Assembly (NCBI GenBank): GCA_041649175.1 | Contig: JBAZNR010000001.1 | Location: 514,332 to 578,331 of the forward strand | From: Candidatus Omnitrophota bacterium | GTDB lineage: Bacteria; Omnitrophota; Gorgyraeia; Zapsychrales; JBAZNR01 | Reading direction: 5' to 3' | Length of the DNA: 64,000 nt | Part shown: positions 1 to 9,876 of the stretch, piece after piece | How positions within the stretch are numbered: position 1 is the first letter of the stretch | How the letters are laid out: each line of letters opens with the position of its first letter | Program-made: the position numbers and the translations under genes | The notes under the pieces: generated by a model | The model's input: only the letters and a program-made list of their open reading frames with translations | Database searches by the model: none | Told to the model about the DNA's origin: nothing

Positions 1-1
1 C

Positions 2-934
2 GTGAGTGTTGTCAGCCTTCCCAGTGACGAAATGAAAGGGCGCATTATCGGCCGCGAAGGGCGCAATATCCGCGCACTAGAAATGGCCACGGGCGTTGAT
101 ATTATCATTGATGATACGCCGGAAGCGGTAACGATTTCCGGATTTGATATGGTTCGCCGAGAAATTGCCCGCATTGCCTTGGAAAGCCTTATTGCCGACG
201 GAAGAATTCATCCCGGCCGCATCGAAGAAGTCGTGGAAAAAGCCAAAAAAGAAATGGAAAACAAGATCAAAGAAGAAGGCGAGCGAGCAGCCTTTGATCT
301 TGGTATCCACGGCATGCATTTGGAATTATTGAAGCTGGTTGGAAAATTAAAATACCGAACAAGTTTCGGGCAAAATGCCCTTCAGCATACAAAAGAGGTG
401 TCACTTTTAATGGGGCTTATGGCCATGCAACTAGGATTAGATCCTAAGCTTGCCAAACGCGCCGGACTTTTGCATGATATCGGGAAAGTGGTCGGCCCGG
501 AAGTGGAAGGAACGCATGCTATCGTCGGAGGGAACTTAGCGCGTAAATACGGCGAATTAGAAGAAGTGGCCCGAGCGGTCGAATCACATCATGAAGAAAT
601 TGAGATGAGCACGATTTACGGCGTTTTAGTTTGTGCCGCTGATGCTATTAGCGCGGCGCGTCCCGGGGCGAGAGCCGAAACATTAGAAACGTATATTAAA
701 CGCTTGGAAAGCTTGGAGAAAATTTCTAGCGGTTTTAAAGGCGTTGAAAAAGCTTACGCGCTTCAAGCCGGCCGGGAGATCCGTATCATGGTCCAGCCGG
801 ATAAGATCACCGATGATCAGTCCATTGTGATGGCTCGAGATATTCGTAAAAAGATCGAAGAAACCATGGAATATCCCGGACAGATCAAGGTTATTGTGAT
901 TAGAGAAACGCGCGCCATTGAATACGCAAAATAA
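2..934 (+). CDS. rny: Ribonuclease Y, C-terminal part (5' partial at window edge)
   Basis: KH-domain motif [15 protein letters not shown] and HD-domain LLHDIGK/HH motifs. Architecture and the rny-ymdB gene order are typical of RNase Y. Confidence 0.85.
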   Translation: MSVVSLPSDEMKGRIIGREGRNIRALEMATGVDIIIDDTPEAVTISGFDMVRREIARIALESLIADGRIHPGRIEEVVEKAKKEMENKIKEEGERAAFDLGIHGMHLELLKLVGKLKYRTSFGQNALQHTKEVSLLMGLMAMQLGLDPKLAKRAGLLHDIGKVVGPEVEGTHAIVGGNLARKYGELEEVARAVESHHEEIEMSTIYGVLVCAADAISAARPGARAETLETYIKRLESLEKISSGFKGVEKAYALQAGREIRIMVQPDKITDDQSIVMARDIRKKIEETMEYPGQIKVIVIRETRAIEYAK

Positions 935-948
935 AAAGAAAGGTTTTA

Positions 949-1731
949 ATGAATATTCTTTGTATCGGCGATATCGTTGGACGGGCAGGGCGCAATGCCA
1001 TCATTGAATTATTGCCGTCTTTAAAGCAGGAACTTTCCGTTGATTTTACCGTTGTGAACGCGGAAAATTCTGCCGCAGGTTCTGGGATCACTCTGGATAT
1101 TGCCGAAGAACTTTTCAAAAGAGGCTGTGATGTTTTAACCAGCGGTGACCATATTTGGGATAAATCGGACATCAAAGATTATTTGAACCGCAATGAAAAA
1201 CTCCTGCGTCCCGCTAATTTTCCCGACGGAGTTCCTGGAAAAGGGTCTTGTGTTGTCACCGCACCTAACGGCGTTCGGGTGGGTGTTATCAATCTTTTGG
1301 GCCGTACTTTTATGCGGTATAATGTCACTTGTCCTTTTAAGAAACTCGAAGACCTTTCCCAAGAAATAAGAAAAGAAACGCCGGTGATCGTTGTGGATAT
1401 GCATGCCGAGGCTACCAGCGAAAAAGTTGCTTTAGGATTTTTTTCTGACGGGAAAGTTTCGATCGTGTTTGGAACACATACGCACATTCCCACCGCCGAT
1501 GAAACTGTTCTTTCCTCAGGAACAGCATATATCACTGACCTAGGAATGACCGGACCGTTTGATTCGGTGATCGGGCAAGTCAAAGAAAAGATCATTGAGC
1601 GATTTTTGACCAGTTTGCCGCATAAATTCGAAGTTGCCACCGGAGATATTCGCTTAAACGGCATTATCGTGGACGTCGATGAGAAAACGGGGAAAGCGCG
1701 CAGCATTAAACGTATTCAAAAAAAGTTATAA
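949..1731 (+). CDS. ymdB: YmdB-like metallophosphoesterase (2',3'-cyclic-nucleotide phosphodiesterase family, TIGR00282-like)
   Basis: N-terminus MNILCIGDIVGRAGR and metallophosphatase motifs (GDH, MHAEATSEK, GTHTHIPT). Located directly after rny as in Bacillus. Confidence 0.8.
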   Translation: MNILCIGDIVGRAGRNAIIELLPSLKQELSVDFTVVNAENSAAGSGITLDIAEELFKRGCDVLTSGDHIWDKSDIKDYLNRNEKLLRPANFPDGVPGKGSCVVTAPNGVRVGVINLLGRTFMRYNVTCPFKKLEDLSQEIRKETPVIVVDMHAEATSEKVALGFFSDGKVSIVFGTHTHIPTADETVLSSGTAYITDLGMTGPFDSVIGQVKEKIIERFLTSLPHKFEVATGDIRLNGIIVDVDEKTGKARSIKRIQKKL

Positions 1732-1796
1732 ACAAAAAATAAAGTGTGTGGTAGCATTGGTCGTAAGGCTATTTTGCTGACGAAAGGATTTGTGAC

Positions 1797-2186
1797 ATGA
1801 CAGGATGGGATGGTTTGAACCGGCGTAAATTTCCTCGAGCTAATTATCCGTGTTTGATCATCATTCGCCATAACCATGCCGGGCCGGAAGCGATGTTGAC
1901 CCATACGGAAAACCTAGGCATCGGCGGTGTGTGCGTTATTTTAAAGCGCAGCTTAAAACTTTTTACAACGGTTGAACTCGAATTAGACCTCTTAGACACT
2001 AATTTGCATATTAAATGTGAAGGAAAGGTTGTTTGGTCCGTCCAGCGGAAAAATCCCGAAGAAAAAAAGCCGTCCTTTTATGACACGGGAATAGAATTTT
2101 CCAGCATCAATGCGAAAGACGCGCAACGGATCATTGATGTGGTTGCCCGTTTAGTGAAATTAGGTTTTGAAACCCCGCCCACGTAA
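1797..2186 (+). CDS. PilZ-domain protein (putative c-di-GMP receptor)
   Basis: RRKFPR ... NLGIGG motif pair matching the PilZ RxxxR / (D/N)xSxxG signature. 129 aa. Confidence 0.55.
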   Translation: MTGWDGLNRRKFPRANYPCLIIIRHNHAGPEAMLTHTENLGIGGVCVILKRSLKLFTTVELELDLLDTNLHIKCEGKVVWSVQRKNPEEKKPSFYDTGIEFSSINAKDAQRIIDVVARLVKLGFETPPT

Positions 2187-2206
2187 ATCCCTATTCTTAA
2201 TCTACG

Positions 2207-3490
2207 ATGAACGAAATAAAAATGCGTGTTAGATTTGCCCCGAGCCCGACGGGGTTTTTGCATATCGGCGGCGCGCGTACGGCCCTTTTTAACTGGATGT
2301 ATGCCCGGTCGCAAGGCGGGCAGTTTATCTTACGCATTGAAGATACCGACCAGGCCCGTTCCAAAAAAGAATATGTCGATGAGATCTTAGACAGTATGAA
2401 ATGGTTGGGGCTTGATTGGGATGAGATCTATTTTCAAAGCCAGCGGTTTTCCATTTATAAAGAATATGCCGAAAGATTAGTCCAAGAAAATAAAGCCTAC
2501 CGTGAAGACAGTGCCATTATCTTGAAAATTATTCCCGCCGAAATTGTTTTTTATGACCTTATCCGCGGTGAAATCAAATTTGATACGGCCACCATCAAAG
2601 ACCAAGTCCTCATTAAATCCGACGGATCGCCGACGTATAGTTTTGCTTGCGTGGTGGATGATGCGCTGATGAATATTTCTTGCGTTGTCCGCGGAGAAGA
2701 CCATATTTCTAATACGCCGAAACAGATCGTTATTTATCAAGCGTTGGGATTGAAGATCCCTAAGTTTGCCCATTTGCCGCTTATTATGGATGAAGAAGGC
2801 GGACGGATGTCCAAGCGCTTCGGAGCGGTGGCGGTCACCGAATATCGCAATTTAGGATTTGTCCCGGAAGCCATTGTGAATTATTTGATGCTACTAGGCT
2901 GGTCGCCGGGAGAAAATCAAGAGATCGTTAAACTTTCCGACGCTGTTAAAAGATTTTCCATCAAAAAGATCAATAAAACAGCCGCGGTTTTTTCTATGGA
3001 TAAATTGCGCTGGATCAATTCTCAATATATCAAGAAAATGGAAACCGCCAAACTCGCAGAACTTTTAAAACCTTTTTTGACACAAAAAGGATATGCTTAT
3101 GGAAATACCTTAGAAAGTATTGTAAAATTATTTCAAGGTCGGCTTGCGACTTTGACGGATTTTTTGGATTGGGCGGATTTTATTTTTGTGGGTGATATCC
3201 AAATTTCTGAGGAGATAAAAGCAAAATTTTTTATCTCGGAGCGGAAAAAAGACCTTATAAGATTAATTGAGATCTTAGAAAATTTAGAGACATTTGATAT
3301 AAAGGCAACGGAAGAAGCGTTTCGTAAAGTTGTTGCCGAACAGGGGATCAATTCTTCCGAGCTGGTCCATCCGACGCGTGTGGCATTGACAGGAAAAGAG
3401 ATCGGCCCCGGGCTTTTTGATACGATGGTTGTTTTGGGAAAAGAAAAAACGATCGAACGGCTGAGGAAAGCAAAAGAATTTTTTAATTAA
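2207..3490 (+). CDS. gltX: Glutamate--tRNA ligase (GluRS). The true start may be the internal Met at 2222 (MRVRFAPSPTG).
   Basis: Class I aaRS motifs: RFAPSPTGFLHIGGARTA (HIGH region) and a KMSKR-type motif (RMSKRFG). At 427 aa it is relatively short. Confidence 0.9.
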   Translation: MNEIKMRVRFAPSPTGFLHIGGARTALFNWMYARSQGGQFILRIEDTDQARSKKEYVDEILDSMKWLGLDWDEIYFQSQRFSIYKEYAERLVQENKAYREDSAIILKIIPAEIVFYDLIRGEIKFDTATIKDQVLIKSDGSPTYSFACVVDDALMNISCVVRGEDHISNTPKQIVIYQALGLKIPKFAHLPLIMDEEGGRMSKRFGAVAVTEYRNLGFVPEAIVNYLMLLGWSPGENQEIVKLSDAVKRFSIKKINKTAAVFSMDKLRWINSQYIKKMETAKLAELLKPFLTQKGYAYGNTLESIVKLFQGRLATLTDFLDWADFIFVGDIQISEEIKAKFFISERKKDLIRLIEILENLETFDIKATEEAFRKVVAEQGINSSELVHPTRVALTGKEIGPGLFDTMVVLGKEKTIERLRKAKEFFN

Positions 3491-3510
3491 GGAAAGGGGG
3501 CAAGGACAAA

Positions 3511-3657
3511 GTGGCTTTTAGAAAAATTGTTCTTTGCGTGGTATTACTCTCATTCGTATACGGCTGCGAAACGGCAAAAGGGTTTCAAAAAGACGTTGTC
3601 AACGGTTGGGATAAAGCCAAACACGTCGATGAGTGGTTTAAAGAGAATATGTGGTAA
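3511..3657 (+). CDS. Small entericidin-like lipoprotein (48 aa, GTG start), absent from the ORF track
   Basis: Translation VAFRKIVLCVVLLSFVYGCETAKGFQKDVVNGWDKAKHVDEWFKENMW. It has a lipobox FVYGC followed by C-E-T-A-K-G-F-Q-K-D, resembling the EcnA/EcnB CNTxRGxGEDI core. Strong SD (aaggaaagggggcaagga) lies upstream. Confidence 0.55.
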   Translation: MAFRKIVLCVVLLSFVYGCETAKGFQKDVVNGWDKAKHVDEWFKENMW

Positions 3658-3730
3658 TCGTTGCTGTTTTCTCCGCCGGATTTCTCGCCATTTTTATTTG
3701 AAAGCCATTTGCTTTTCTCCTTTGATTTAC

Positions 3731-3802
3731 TGCCCTGTCGTCTAATGGTAGGACATGAGATTCTGGATCTCAGTGTCTAGGTTCGAGTCCTAGCGGGGCA
3801 AC
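3731..3802 (+). tRNA. tRNA-Gln (anticodon CTG)
   Basis: Cloverleaf with a 7-bp acceptor stem (tgccctg/cggggca), anticodon loop ttCTGga and T-loop ggttcgagtcc. No encoded CCA. Confidence 0.85.
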
Positions 3803-3817
3803 TTACGAAAGAATTTT

Positions 3818-4516
3818 ATGTCCCAAGAGAAGATATTGATCGTAGAAGACGAGAAAAATATTTCCAAACTTATTAAATATAATTTGGAAAAAGCCGATTA
3901 TGAATGCCAGACAGTCATTACCGGCGAAGACGCCTTAGACGCGCTTGAACAACAGGCGGTTGACTTGGTTATTCTTGATATTATGCTGCCTAAAATGGAC
4001 GGCTTGGAAGTGTGCCGCCGCCTTAAAAGCGATCCCCACCTTAAACAGATCCCCGTTATCATGCTTACCGCAAAAGGCGAAGAGATCGACCGTATTGTTG
4101 GCTTGGAGCTTGGCGCCGATGATTATATGGTCAAGCCCTTTAGCCCTCGCGAACTTGTCCTAAGAATAAAATCAGTCCTTAAAAGAGGAAAAACCGCAGA
4201 AGCAAAAAAAGACATCCTAAGGTCCGCGGATATCTTGCTCGATAATGCCCGTCATCAGGTCAGCGTCGGAGAAAAGAAAATAGACCTCACAGCCATGGAA
4301 TTTAAGTTGCTGGCTGTTTTGATGGAGCGCCAAGGACGGGTCCAAAGCCGGGATCAATTGTTATCTGATGTTTGGGGATTGGAATCAGATGTTTATACGC
4401 GCACGGTTGATACGCATATCAAACGGTTGCGGGAAAAGCTAGGAAAATCAGGAAAATCCATAGAAACTGTGATCGGTGTTGGATACCGCCTTAAACAACA
4501 AGACAATGACGATTAA
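3818..4516 (+). CDS. phoB: OmpR/PhoB-family response regulator
   Basis: REC domain (LIVEDE...DLVILDIMLPKMDG...MLTAKGEE) plus a winged-helix C-terminus (TRTVDTHIKRLREKLG). Sits next to phoR-like and pst genes. Confidence 0.85.
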   Translation: MSQEKILIVEDEKNISKLIKYNLEKADYECQTVITGEDALDALEQQAVDLVILDIMLPKMDGLEVCRRLKSDPHLKQIPVIMLTAKGEEIDRIVGLELGADDYMVKPFSPRELVLRIKSVLKRGKTAEAKKDILRSADILLDNARHQVSVGEKKIDLTAMEFKLLAVLMERQGRVQSRDQLLSDVWGLESDVYTRTVDTHIKRLREKLGKSGKSIETVIGVGYRLKQQDNDD

Positions 4517-6278
4517 GCTCCCTTGGAAGTTGACATTTATTTTCTGCCTGGCTGTTGCCGCCGGAGTTTTGGCGGGGTATTTTTATCTAGCCGATCATCT
4601 TAAAACTTATTTGGAAGATAATCTGAAAAAAAGTATTCAAAACGAACTTATTCTTGCCAGGGACATTATTGAATCTCATATTACCAGCAAAAAGAACTTC
4701 AGCGATGCCGACGTTTTAGCCGATCGAATAGGCAAGGAACTTAATTTAAGAGTCACCATTACTCTTAGAGACGGCACTGTGGTCGGTGATTCCAACCTAA
4801 GCGGCGATGAGTTTCAAACGGTTGAAAATCATATCAACCGTCCGGAAATCCAAGAGGCATTGACAAAAGGCCTTGGTATGGACCGGCGCTACAGCATGAC
4901 GGTAAAGAAATATCTTTTGTACATAGCTATGCCGTTTGAGAAAGAAAAAATATCCGGTGTTCTTAGGCTTGCTATGCCTTTGTCGCATGTTGAATTTCTG
5001 GAATCCAGCGTGAAAAAGATCATTGTTATCTCTCTTGTCTTGGTATTTGTTTTTAGCCTCGGATTTACTTTTCTGACATCCTTCTTTATTTCTAAACCTT
5101 TGGTTGAAATGGCCGGTATTGCCCGGGCTATGGCCCGAGGAGATTTCTCTCGGAAACCATCCGTCTATTCTCAAGATGAGATCGGAGAGCTGTCAAAGGC
5201 TTTAACGCACATGTCGGGTGAAATTAAAGAAAAAATAGAGATCATTGAACAGGAAAAGATAAAGCTCGATGCGGTTTTATCCAGCATGTTCGAAGGGATC
5301 ATGGTGGTTGATGAAAAGGGCAAGATCCTTATGATCAATCCTTCGCTTCAAAAACTTTTTTTTATTGATGCCAGCCCTGAGCATAAAAAACCTCTGGAAG
5401 TCATTCGCCATCGCGGAGTTCAAGAAACGGTGGATCAGATCCTTTCTTCGCAAAGCCCAATGATCAGCAAAGAGATCATCATTGAGCAACCGGAAGAGAT
5501 CGTCTTTAAGATCAACGCGGCGGCCATCATCAGAAATCATCAACTGCAAGGGGCGGTTTTAGTTTTTCACGACCTGACCGAGCTGCGCCGCTTAGAGAAG
5601 ATCAGGCAGGATTTTGTCGCCAATGTTTCTCACGAACTACGCACGCCCGTTGCCAGCATCAAAGGTTATGCCGAAACGCTTTTATCGGGCGCTTTAGATG
5701 ATCAAGAAAACCGCAAAGAGTTCGTCCACATCATTCATCAAGACAGTATTCGCTTGGCCAATCTTATTAACGACCTTCTGGACCTTTCCGGTATAGAATC
5801 AGGAAAAATGAATATGGTCTTTCTTTCCGTTGATATCCATCCGACCGTTAAGCTTTGCCTTAATGTATTAGAGAAGGCTATCAAGGCAAAGAATATTTCC
5901 GTACAAATCAATATCGCGAGTAGTTTACCCAAAGCCAAGGCGGATGAACAAAGACTTTCTCAAGTTTTCTTGAATCTTTTAGACAATGCCGTTAAATATA
6001 CGCCCCAAGACGGATCCATCCAGGTTAATGCTCAAGCTCAAGCAGGGCATATTCGCGTGGATATTATTGATAATGGCATTGGCATTGCCGAAAACGATCT
6101 TCCCCGTATCTTCGAACGGTTTTATCGCACCGACAAGGCGCGTTCCAGGGAACTTGGCGGTACCGGCTTAGGCTTGTCCATTGTTAAACATATCGTTTTG
6201 GCTCACGGCGGAGAAGTTTTTGTCCAATCTATGCCGGGGCAAGGTTCCACATTTAGCTTCACCATTCCGCAAGCGTAA
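4506..6278 (+). CDS. phoR: PhoR-like sensor histidine kinase (TM, PAS-like, HisKA, HATPase_c)
   Basis: H-box SHELRTP, N/G boxes (LLDNAVKYTP, GGTGLGLSIVKHIV) and two N-terminal hydrophobic segments. Probable start is the ATG at 4506, overlapping the end of phoB. Confidence 0.85.
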   Translation: MTIKLPWKLTFIFCLAVAAGVLAGYFYLADHLKTYLEDNLKKSIQNELILARDIIESHITSKKNFSDADVLADRIGKELNLRVTITLRDGTVVGDSNLSGDEFQTVENHINRPEIQEALTKGLGMDRRYSMTVKKYLLYIAMPFEKEKISGVLRLAMPLSHVEFLESSVKKIIVISLVLVFVFSLGFTFLTSFFISKPLVEMAGIARAMARGDFSRKPSVYSQDEIGELSKALTHMSGEIKEKIEIIEQEKIKLDAVLSSMFEGIMVVDEKGKILMINPSLQKLFFIDASPEHKKPLEVIRHRGVQETVDQILSSQSPMISKEIIIEQPEEIVFKINAAAIIRNHQLQGAVLVFHDLTELRRLEKIRQDFVANVSHELRTPVASIKGYAETLLSGALDDQENRKEFVHIIHQDSIRLANLINDLLDLSGIESGKMNMVFLSVDIHPTVKLCLNVLEKAIKAKNISVQINIASSLPKAKADEQRLSQVFLNLLDNAVKYTPQDGSIQVNAQAQAGHIRVDIIDNGIGIAENDLPRIFERFYRTDKARSRELGGTGLGLSIVKHIVLAHGGEVFVQSMPGQGSTFSFTIPQA

Positions 6279-6315
6279 TCTCCCACCAAAACCCTTCCAA
6301 ATCTTCTTTTTGAAG

Positions 6316-6343
6316 TTCACACAAAGTTCACATCCCCTTCATT
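6316..6343 (+). promoter_or_regulatory. Candidate Pho box: phased direct repeats TTCACA-N5-TTCACA-N5-TTCATT (11-bp periodicity), upstream of a TATACT -10
   Basis: agTTCACAcaaagTTCACAtccccTTCATT read directly from the sequence. Matches the PhoP/PhoB-type TT(A/T/C)ACA direct-repeat architecture. Confidence 0.45.
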
Positions 6344-6402
6344 TTCTTGGCACATCTCTTTTCTATACTTGAGGCAGTAAAAGGCGTGGAAGTTAATAAA
6401 AG

Positions 6403-6621
6403 ATGTTGGGCCTAAGAAAGATAGATATGTTTTTTACACGAGAATTATCGACGATACACAAAGAAATGATCGCCAACCAGTTACGTTTTCAATTGAGCAA
6501 GATCAACAAGGTCTTATACGTTCTTGAGGAAGATGAAGCGATGGATGTGGAATGCGTCAACGGAGAAATTAAAGAGATCGAGATCAATTTGCGGCGTATC
6601 AGAAAAACATTTCTTGATTAA
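6403..6621 (+). CDS. Hypothetical small protein (72 aa) downstream of the Pho-box-like repeats
   Basis: ORF only, with a weak RBS. Positioned between phoR and the porin gene. Confidence 0.25.
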   Translation: MLGLRKIDMFFTRELSTIHKEMIANQLRFQLSKINKVLYVLEEDEAMDVECVNGEIKEIEINLRRIRKTFLD

Positions 6622-6665
6622 GAACAAAAGTAAAAAGAAACAGTTAACGAAAGGAGAAGGGTAGG

Positions 6666-7991
6666 ATGAGACGAGTGATCAGTATTTTTATTTTAGGTGT
6701 TTTCTTGTTAGGGAACGCATCGCCAAGTTTTGCGGGGGCAACATCGGTTGATGCTTTGATCCGTAAATTAGTGGACAAAAAAATCTTAAGCAAAGAGGAA
6801 GCATTAGAGCTAAAAAGCGAGATTGCGGCCGACGAAAAAATGGTACGCGCGGAAGGTTTGAAAACCGATCTGCCGTCTTGGGTTAAAGATATGAAGCTCA
6901 AAGGGGATTTGCGCGTGCGTTATCAAAATGAACGGCGCGATTCGACTCAAAGCCGCAATAGAGGAAGAATCCGTATGCGCTTAGGGCTAGAAACAAAAGC
7001 CAATGATAAAGTTCAGCTTGGTGTTGGGATCGCGACAGGTTCCGGTGATCCTCGCTCCACTAATGAGACGAGTGAAAATTCTTTTGAGAAAATGGATCTT
7101 CGCCTCGATTATGCTTACGCTAAATATATGCCGACCACATGGGCGTCTATCACCGGTGGTAAAATGTTGAGCCCGTTCTGGACTCCAAAAGATTTGCTGG
7201 TCGACAGCGATATTTCTTATGACGGCGGTTCTGTAAATCTGACATCAAAAAAGTTTCTCAACGATCAGGTAGATTTCTTTCTTAATACAGGCTTTTTTAT
7301 TATGGATGAAGGTAATGGGGCGAGTACTTTAACAACAGAAAACTTCGATCCCTATTTATATGTTATCCAACCCGGCCTTAATATCAAGCCAACGGCAAAT
7401 ACAAAGCTTAAATTAGCTGCGACCTATTTTGGAATAGATAATATTAGAGGACAACGGCGTTTACAATATTCCGCCAGTACAAATACGACCAGGGCCTGTA
7501 CGGACGCTTCCGGCGCGGCACAAAGCTGTTATGCTCATGACTTTGAACCGGTCAGCGGAGGTATGGAGTTTACGATTGATAGCCCATTTGGGAATAATGG
7601 ATTTTTTAATGATATAGGATTTGACCAGATCGCTTTTCTGGGCGAATACGTAAAAAATGTGGCTGATATGGTTGATGAGCATAATGATGGTTATTTATTG
7701 GGAGCTAGAATTGGCGCTAAAAAAGTTTCTGGCCCTAGGCAATGGCAATTAGGTTATAATTTCCGTCGCTTAGAAAGAAACGCGTTTTTGGACAATTTAC
7801 CGGATTCTGACTTTTACGGTGGTGGAACGCATGTCCAAGGCCATGAAGTAGAATTTGCTTATGGTTTATCAAAGAATGTCAGCCTTAATCTTGATTATTA
7901 CCGCGCGGCGCCTATTGGCGGAGAAGAAATCGATACGCGCCAAGCAAAAGTTGAGAATATCATTCAGGCCGATCTTAACTTTAAATTCTAA
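6666..7991 (+). CDS. Outer-membrane porin, probably phosphate-selective (OprO/OprP-like)
   Basis: Signal peptide (ASPSFAGA) and a beta-barrel-like alternating pattern. C-terminal ...DLNFKF ends in Phe. Lies immediately upstream of pstS in the pho cluster. Confidence 0.6.
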   Translation: MRRVISIFILGVFLLGNASPSFAGATSVDALIRKLVDKKILSKEEALELKSEIAADEKMVRAEGLKTDLPSWVKDMKLKGDLRVRYQNERRDSTQSRNRGRIRMRLGLETKANDKVQLGVGIATGSGDPRSTNETSENSFEKMDLRLDYAYAKYMPTTWASITGGKMLSPFWTPKDLLVDSDISYDGGSVNLTSKKFLNDQVDFFLNTGFFIMDEGNGASTLTTENFDPYLYVIQPGLNIKPTANTKLKLAATYFGIDNIRGQRRLQYSASTNTTRACTDASGAAQSCYAHDFEPVSGGMEFTIDSPFGNNGFFNDIGFDQIAFLGEYVKNVADMVDEHNDGYLLGARIGAKKVSGPRQWQLGYNFRRLERNAFLDNLPDSDFYGGGTHVQGHEVEFAYGLSKNVSLNLDYYRAAPIGGEEIDTRQAKVENIIQADLNFKF

Positions 7992-8029
7992 AATAGAAAA
8001 TTTATTTATAAAAACATAAGGGAGGAAAT

Positions 8030-8941
8030 ATGAAAAACGTTTTAAAGATATTCTTATTATCTGTTGTGAGCTTCTTAAGTTGCCAAGCATTTGTTTTGGC
8101 CGCGGAGCCTATTAAAGCGGACGGTTCTAGCACAGTTTTCCCTATTACCGAAGCAGTCGCCGAAGAATTTGGTAAAAAAGGCGGTGCTAAAGCCATGGTG
8201 GGAATTTCGGGAACCGGAGGCGGATTTAAACGATTTTGCCGCGGTGAAACTGATATCAGCAATGCCTCGCGTCCTATCAAATCAAAAGAAGTGGATGCTT
8301 GTAAAGAAGGCGGAGTTTCCTATATTGAATTGGAAGTCGCCTATGACGGGTTAGCCGTTGTTGTTAATCCTCAAAATAATTGGGTTGATTACTTAACAGT
8401 GGCTGAACTTAAAACGATTTGGGAAACCTCAGCTCAGGGTATTGTTACGCGTTGGAGCCAAGTGCGTTCTAGTTTTCCGGACGAAGAAATACAGCTTTTT
8501 GGCCCCGGGACTGATTCAGGGACCTTTGATTATTTCACAGAAGTGATTAACGGAAAATCCGGCGCCAGCCGCGGCGATTATACGGCCAGCGAAGACGATA
8601 ATGTCTTAGTGGAAGGCGTTGCCAACAGCAAAGGCGGTTTAGGGTATTTTGGTGTTGCCTATTATGAAGCCAATAAAGATAAGATCAAGGTTGTTCCGGT
8701 CAAAGGGCCGAGTAATTCCAGCGGAGTTGTTCCCACAAAAGAAACTGTTTTAGACGGAACGTATGCGCCGCTATCGAGGCCGATATTTATTTATGTGAAC
8801 AAAGATTCTTTAGCGAAAAAACCAGCGGTCAAAGCATTTGTTGAATTTTATCTGCAAAATGCTTCCGTTTTGTCCGAGGAGGTCGGGTATATTCCTTTGG
8901 CACAGAGTAAATATGACGCGGATCTTATGAAAATAAAATAA
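8030..8941 (+). CDS. pstS: Phosphate ABC transporter substrate-binding protein
   Basis: Signal peptide and the PstS family motif [16 protein letters not shown]...GTGGGF. Confidence 0.9.
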   Translation: MKNVLKIFLLSVVSFLSCQAFVLAAEPIKADGSSTVFPITEAVAEEFGKKGGAKAMVGISGTGGGFKRFCRGETDISNASRPIKSKEVDACKEGGVSYIELEVAYDGLAVVVNPQNNWVDYLTVAELKTIWETSAQGIVTRWSQVRSSFPDEEIQLFGPGTDSGTFDYFTEVINGKSGASRGDYTASEDDNVLVEGVANSKGGLGYFGVAYYEANKDKIKVVPVKGPSNSSGVVPTKETVLDGTYAPLSRPIFIYVNKDSLAKKPAVKAFVEFYLQNASVLSEEVGYIPLAQSKYDADLMKIK

Positions 8942-8979
8942 TCCTTTTCTTTTTTAGGTTTATTTTTTAAACTGGATGC

Positions 8980-9876
8980 ATGTTGTTTAAGAAAAAAGTT
9001 AGTAAATTCAAGGAAGCTCTGGTCGAGAGGCTGCTATTTTGTTGCAGCCTCTTGTCCGTGTTAACGACCGCCGGGATTATTTATGTCCTTCTTTCGGAAT
9101 CCATCGGGTTTTTTAAAGAAGTTTCTCTTTTTAAATTTCTTACCGACACCCAATGGACACCGCTTTTTGTTGATAAGCACTTTGGAATTCTCTCATTATT
9201 ATGCGGAACGATCGTGACAACCGTCATCGCGATCGCTGTTGCCGTTCCTTTAGGGCTGATAAGTGCGGTTTACTTAAGCGAATATGCCTCACAAAAATCC
9301 AGAGTCATCATTAAGCCTATCTTGGAGATATTGGCGGCTGTTCCAACGGTTGTTTATGGATATTTCGCGCTTTTATTTGTAACACCGCTTTTACGAAAAT
9401 TAATTCCCGGATTACCGGGATTTAATGCTCTTTCTGCCGGGCTTGTTATGGGGATCATGATCATTCCGCTGGTTTCTTCGCTCAGTGAAGACGCCATGCA
9501 TGCGGTTCCTACGGGACTGCGCGAAGGCGCGTATGCGCTAGGATCGCATAAGATCCAAGTAGCATTTAAGATCGTTTTTCCTGCGGCGCTTTCGGGGATC
9601 AGCGCGGCGGTTATTTTAGCGATGTCGCGCGCTATTGGGGAAACCATGATCGTGGCGATTGCCGCCGGTCAGCAGCCCAGGCTAACACTTAATCCGTTGG
9701 TCCCTATTGAAACGATCACGGCGTATATCGTTCAGGTGAGTTTGGGTGATACGCCGCACGGGACTTTGGAATACAGGACGATCTTTGTTTGCGGGATGAC
9801 ACTTTTTCTTCTGACATTTTTCTTAAATGTGATCAGTTTTAAATTACGACGACGTTTTCAGGAAGTTTATGAATAA
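8980..9876 (+). CDS. pstC: Phosphate ABC transporter permease
   Basis: Multi-TM protein with an EAA-like loop ([24 protein letters not shown]). Confidence 0.9.
   Translation: MLFKKKVSKFKEALVERLLFCCSLLSVLTTAGIIYVLLSESIGFFKEVSLFKFLTDTQWTPLFVDKHFGILSLLCGTIVTTVIAIAVAVPLGLISAVYLSEYASQKSRVIIKPILEILAAVPTVVYGYFALLFVTPLLRKLIPGLPGFNALSAGLVMGIMIIPLVSSLSEDAMHAVPTGLREGAYALGSHKIQVAFKIVFPAALSGISAAVILAMSRAIGETMIVAIAAGQQPRLTLNPLVPIETITAYIVQVSLGDTPHGTLEYRTIFVCGMTLFLLTFFLNVISFKLRRRFQEVYE

Noticed and set aside
144-332. ORFs 144..332 (+) and 77..319 (-) inside rny
   Set aside because: Embedded in or antisense to a well-supported conserved gene. Lys-rich translation of an A-rich coding region in an alternative frame.
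3527-3745. 72-aa ORF from the track between gltX and phoB
   Set aside because: It overlaps the better-supported entericidin-like lipoprotein frame and runs into the tRNA-Gln gene. There is no RBS and the composition is odd.
6348-6366. Sigma54-like TGGCAC element upstream of the porin operon (tggcacatctcttttc)
   Set aside because: It lacks the conserved -12 GC (TTGCW). More likely a fortuitous match next to the TATACT -10.
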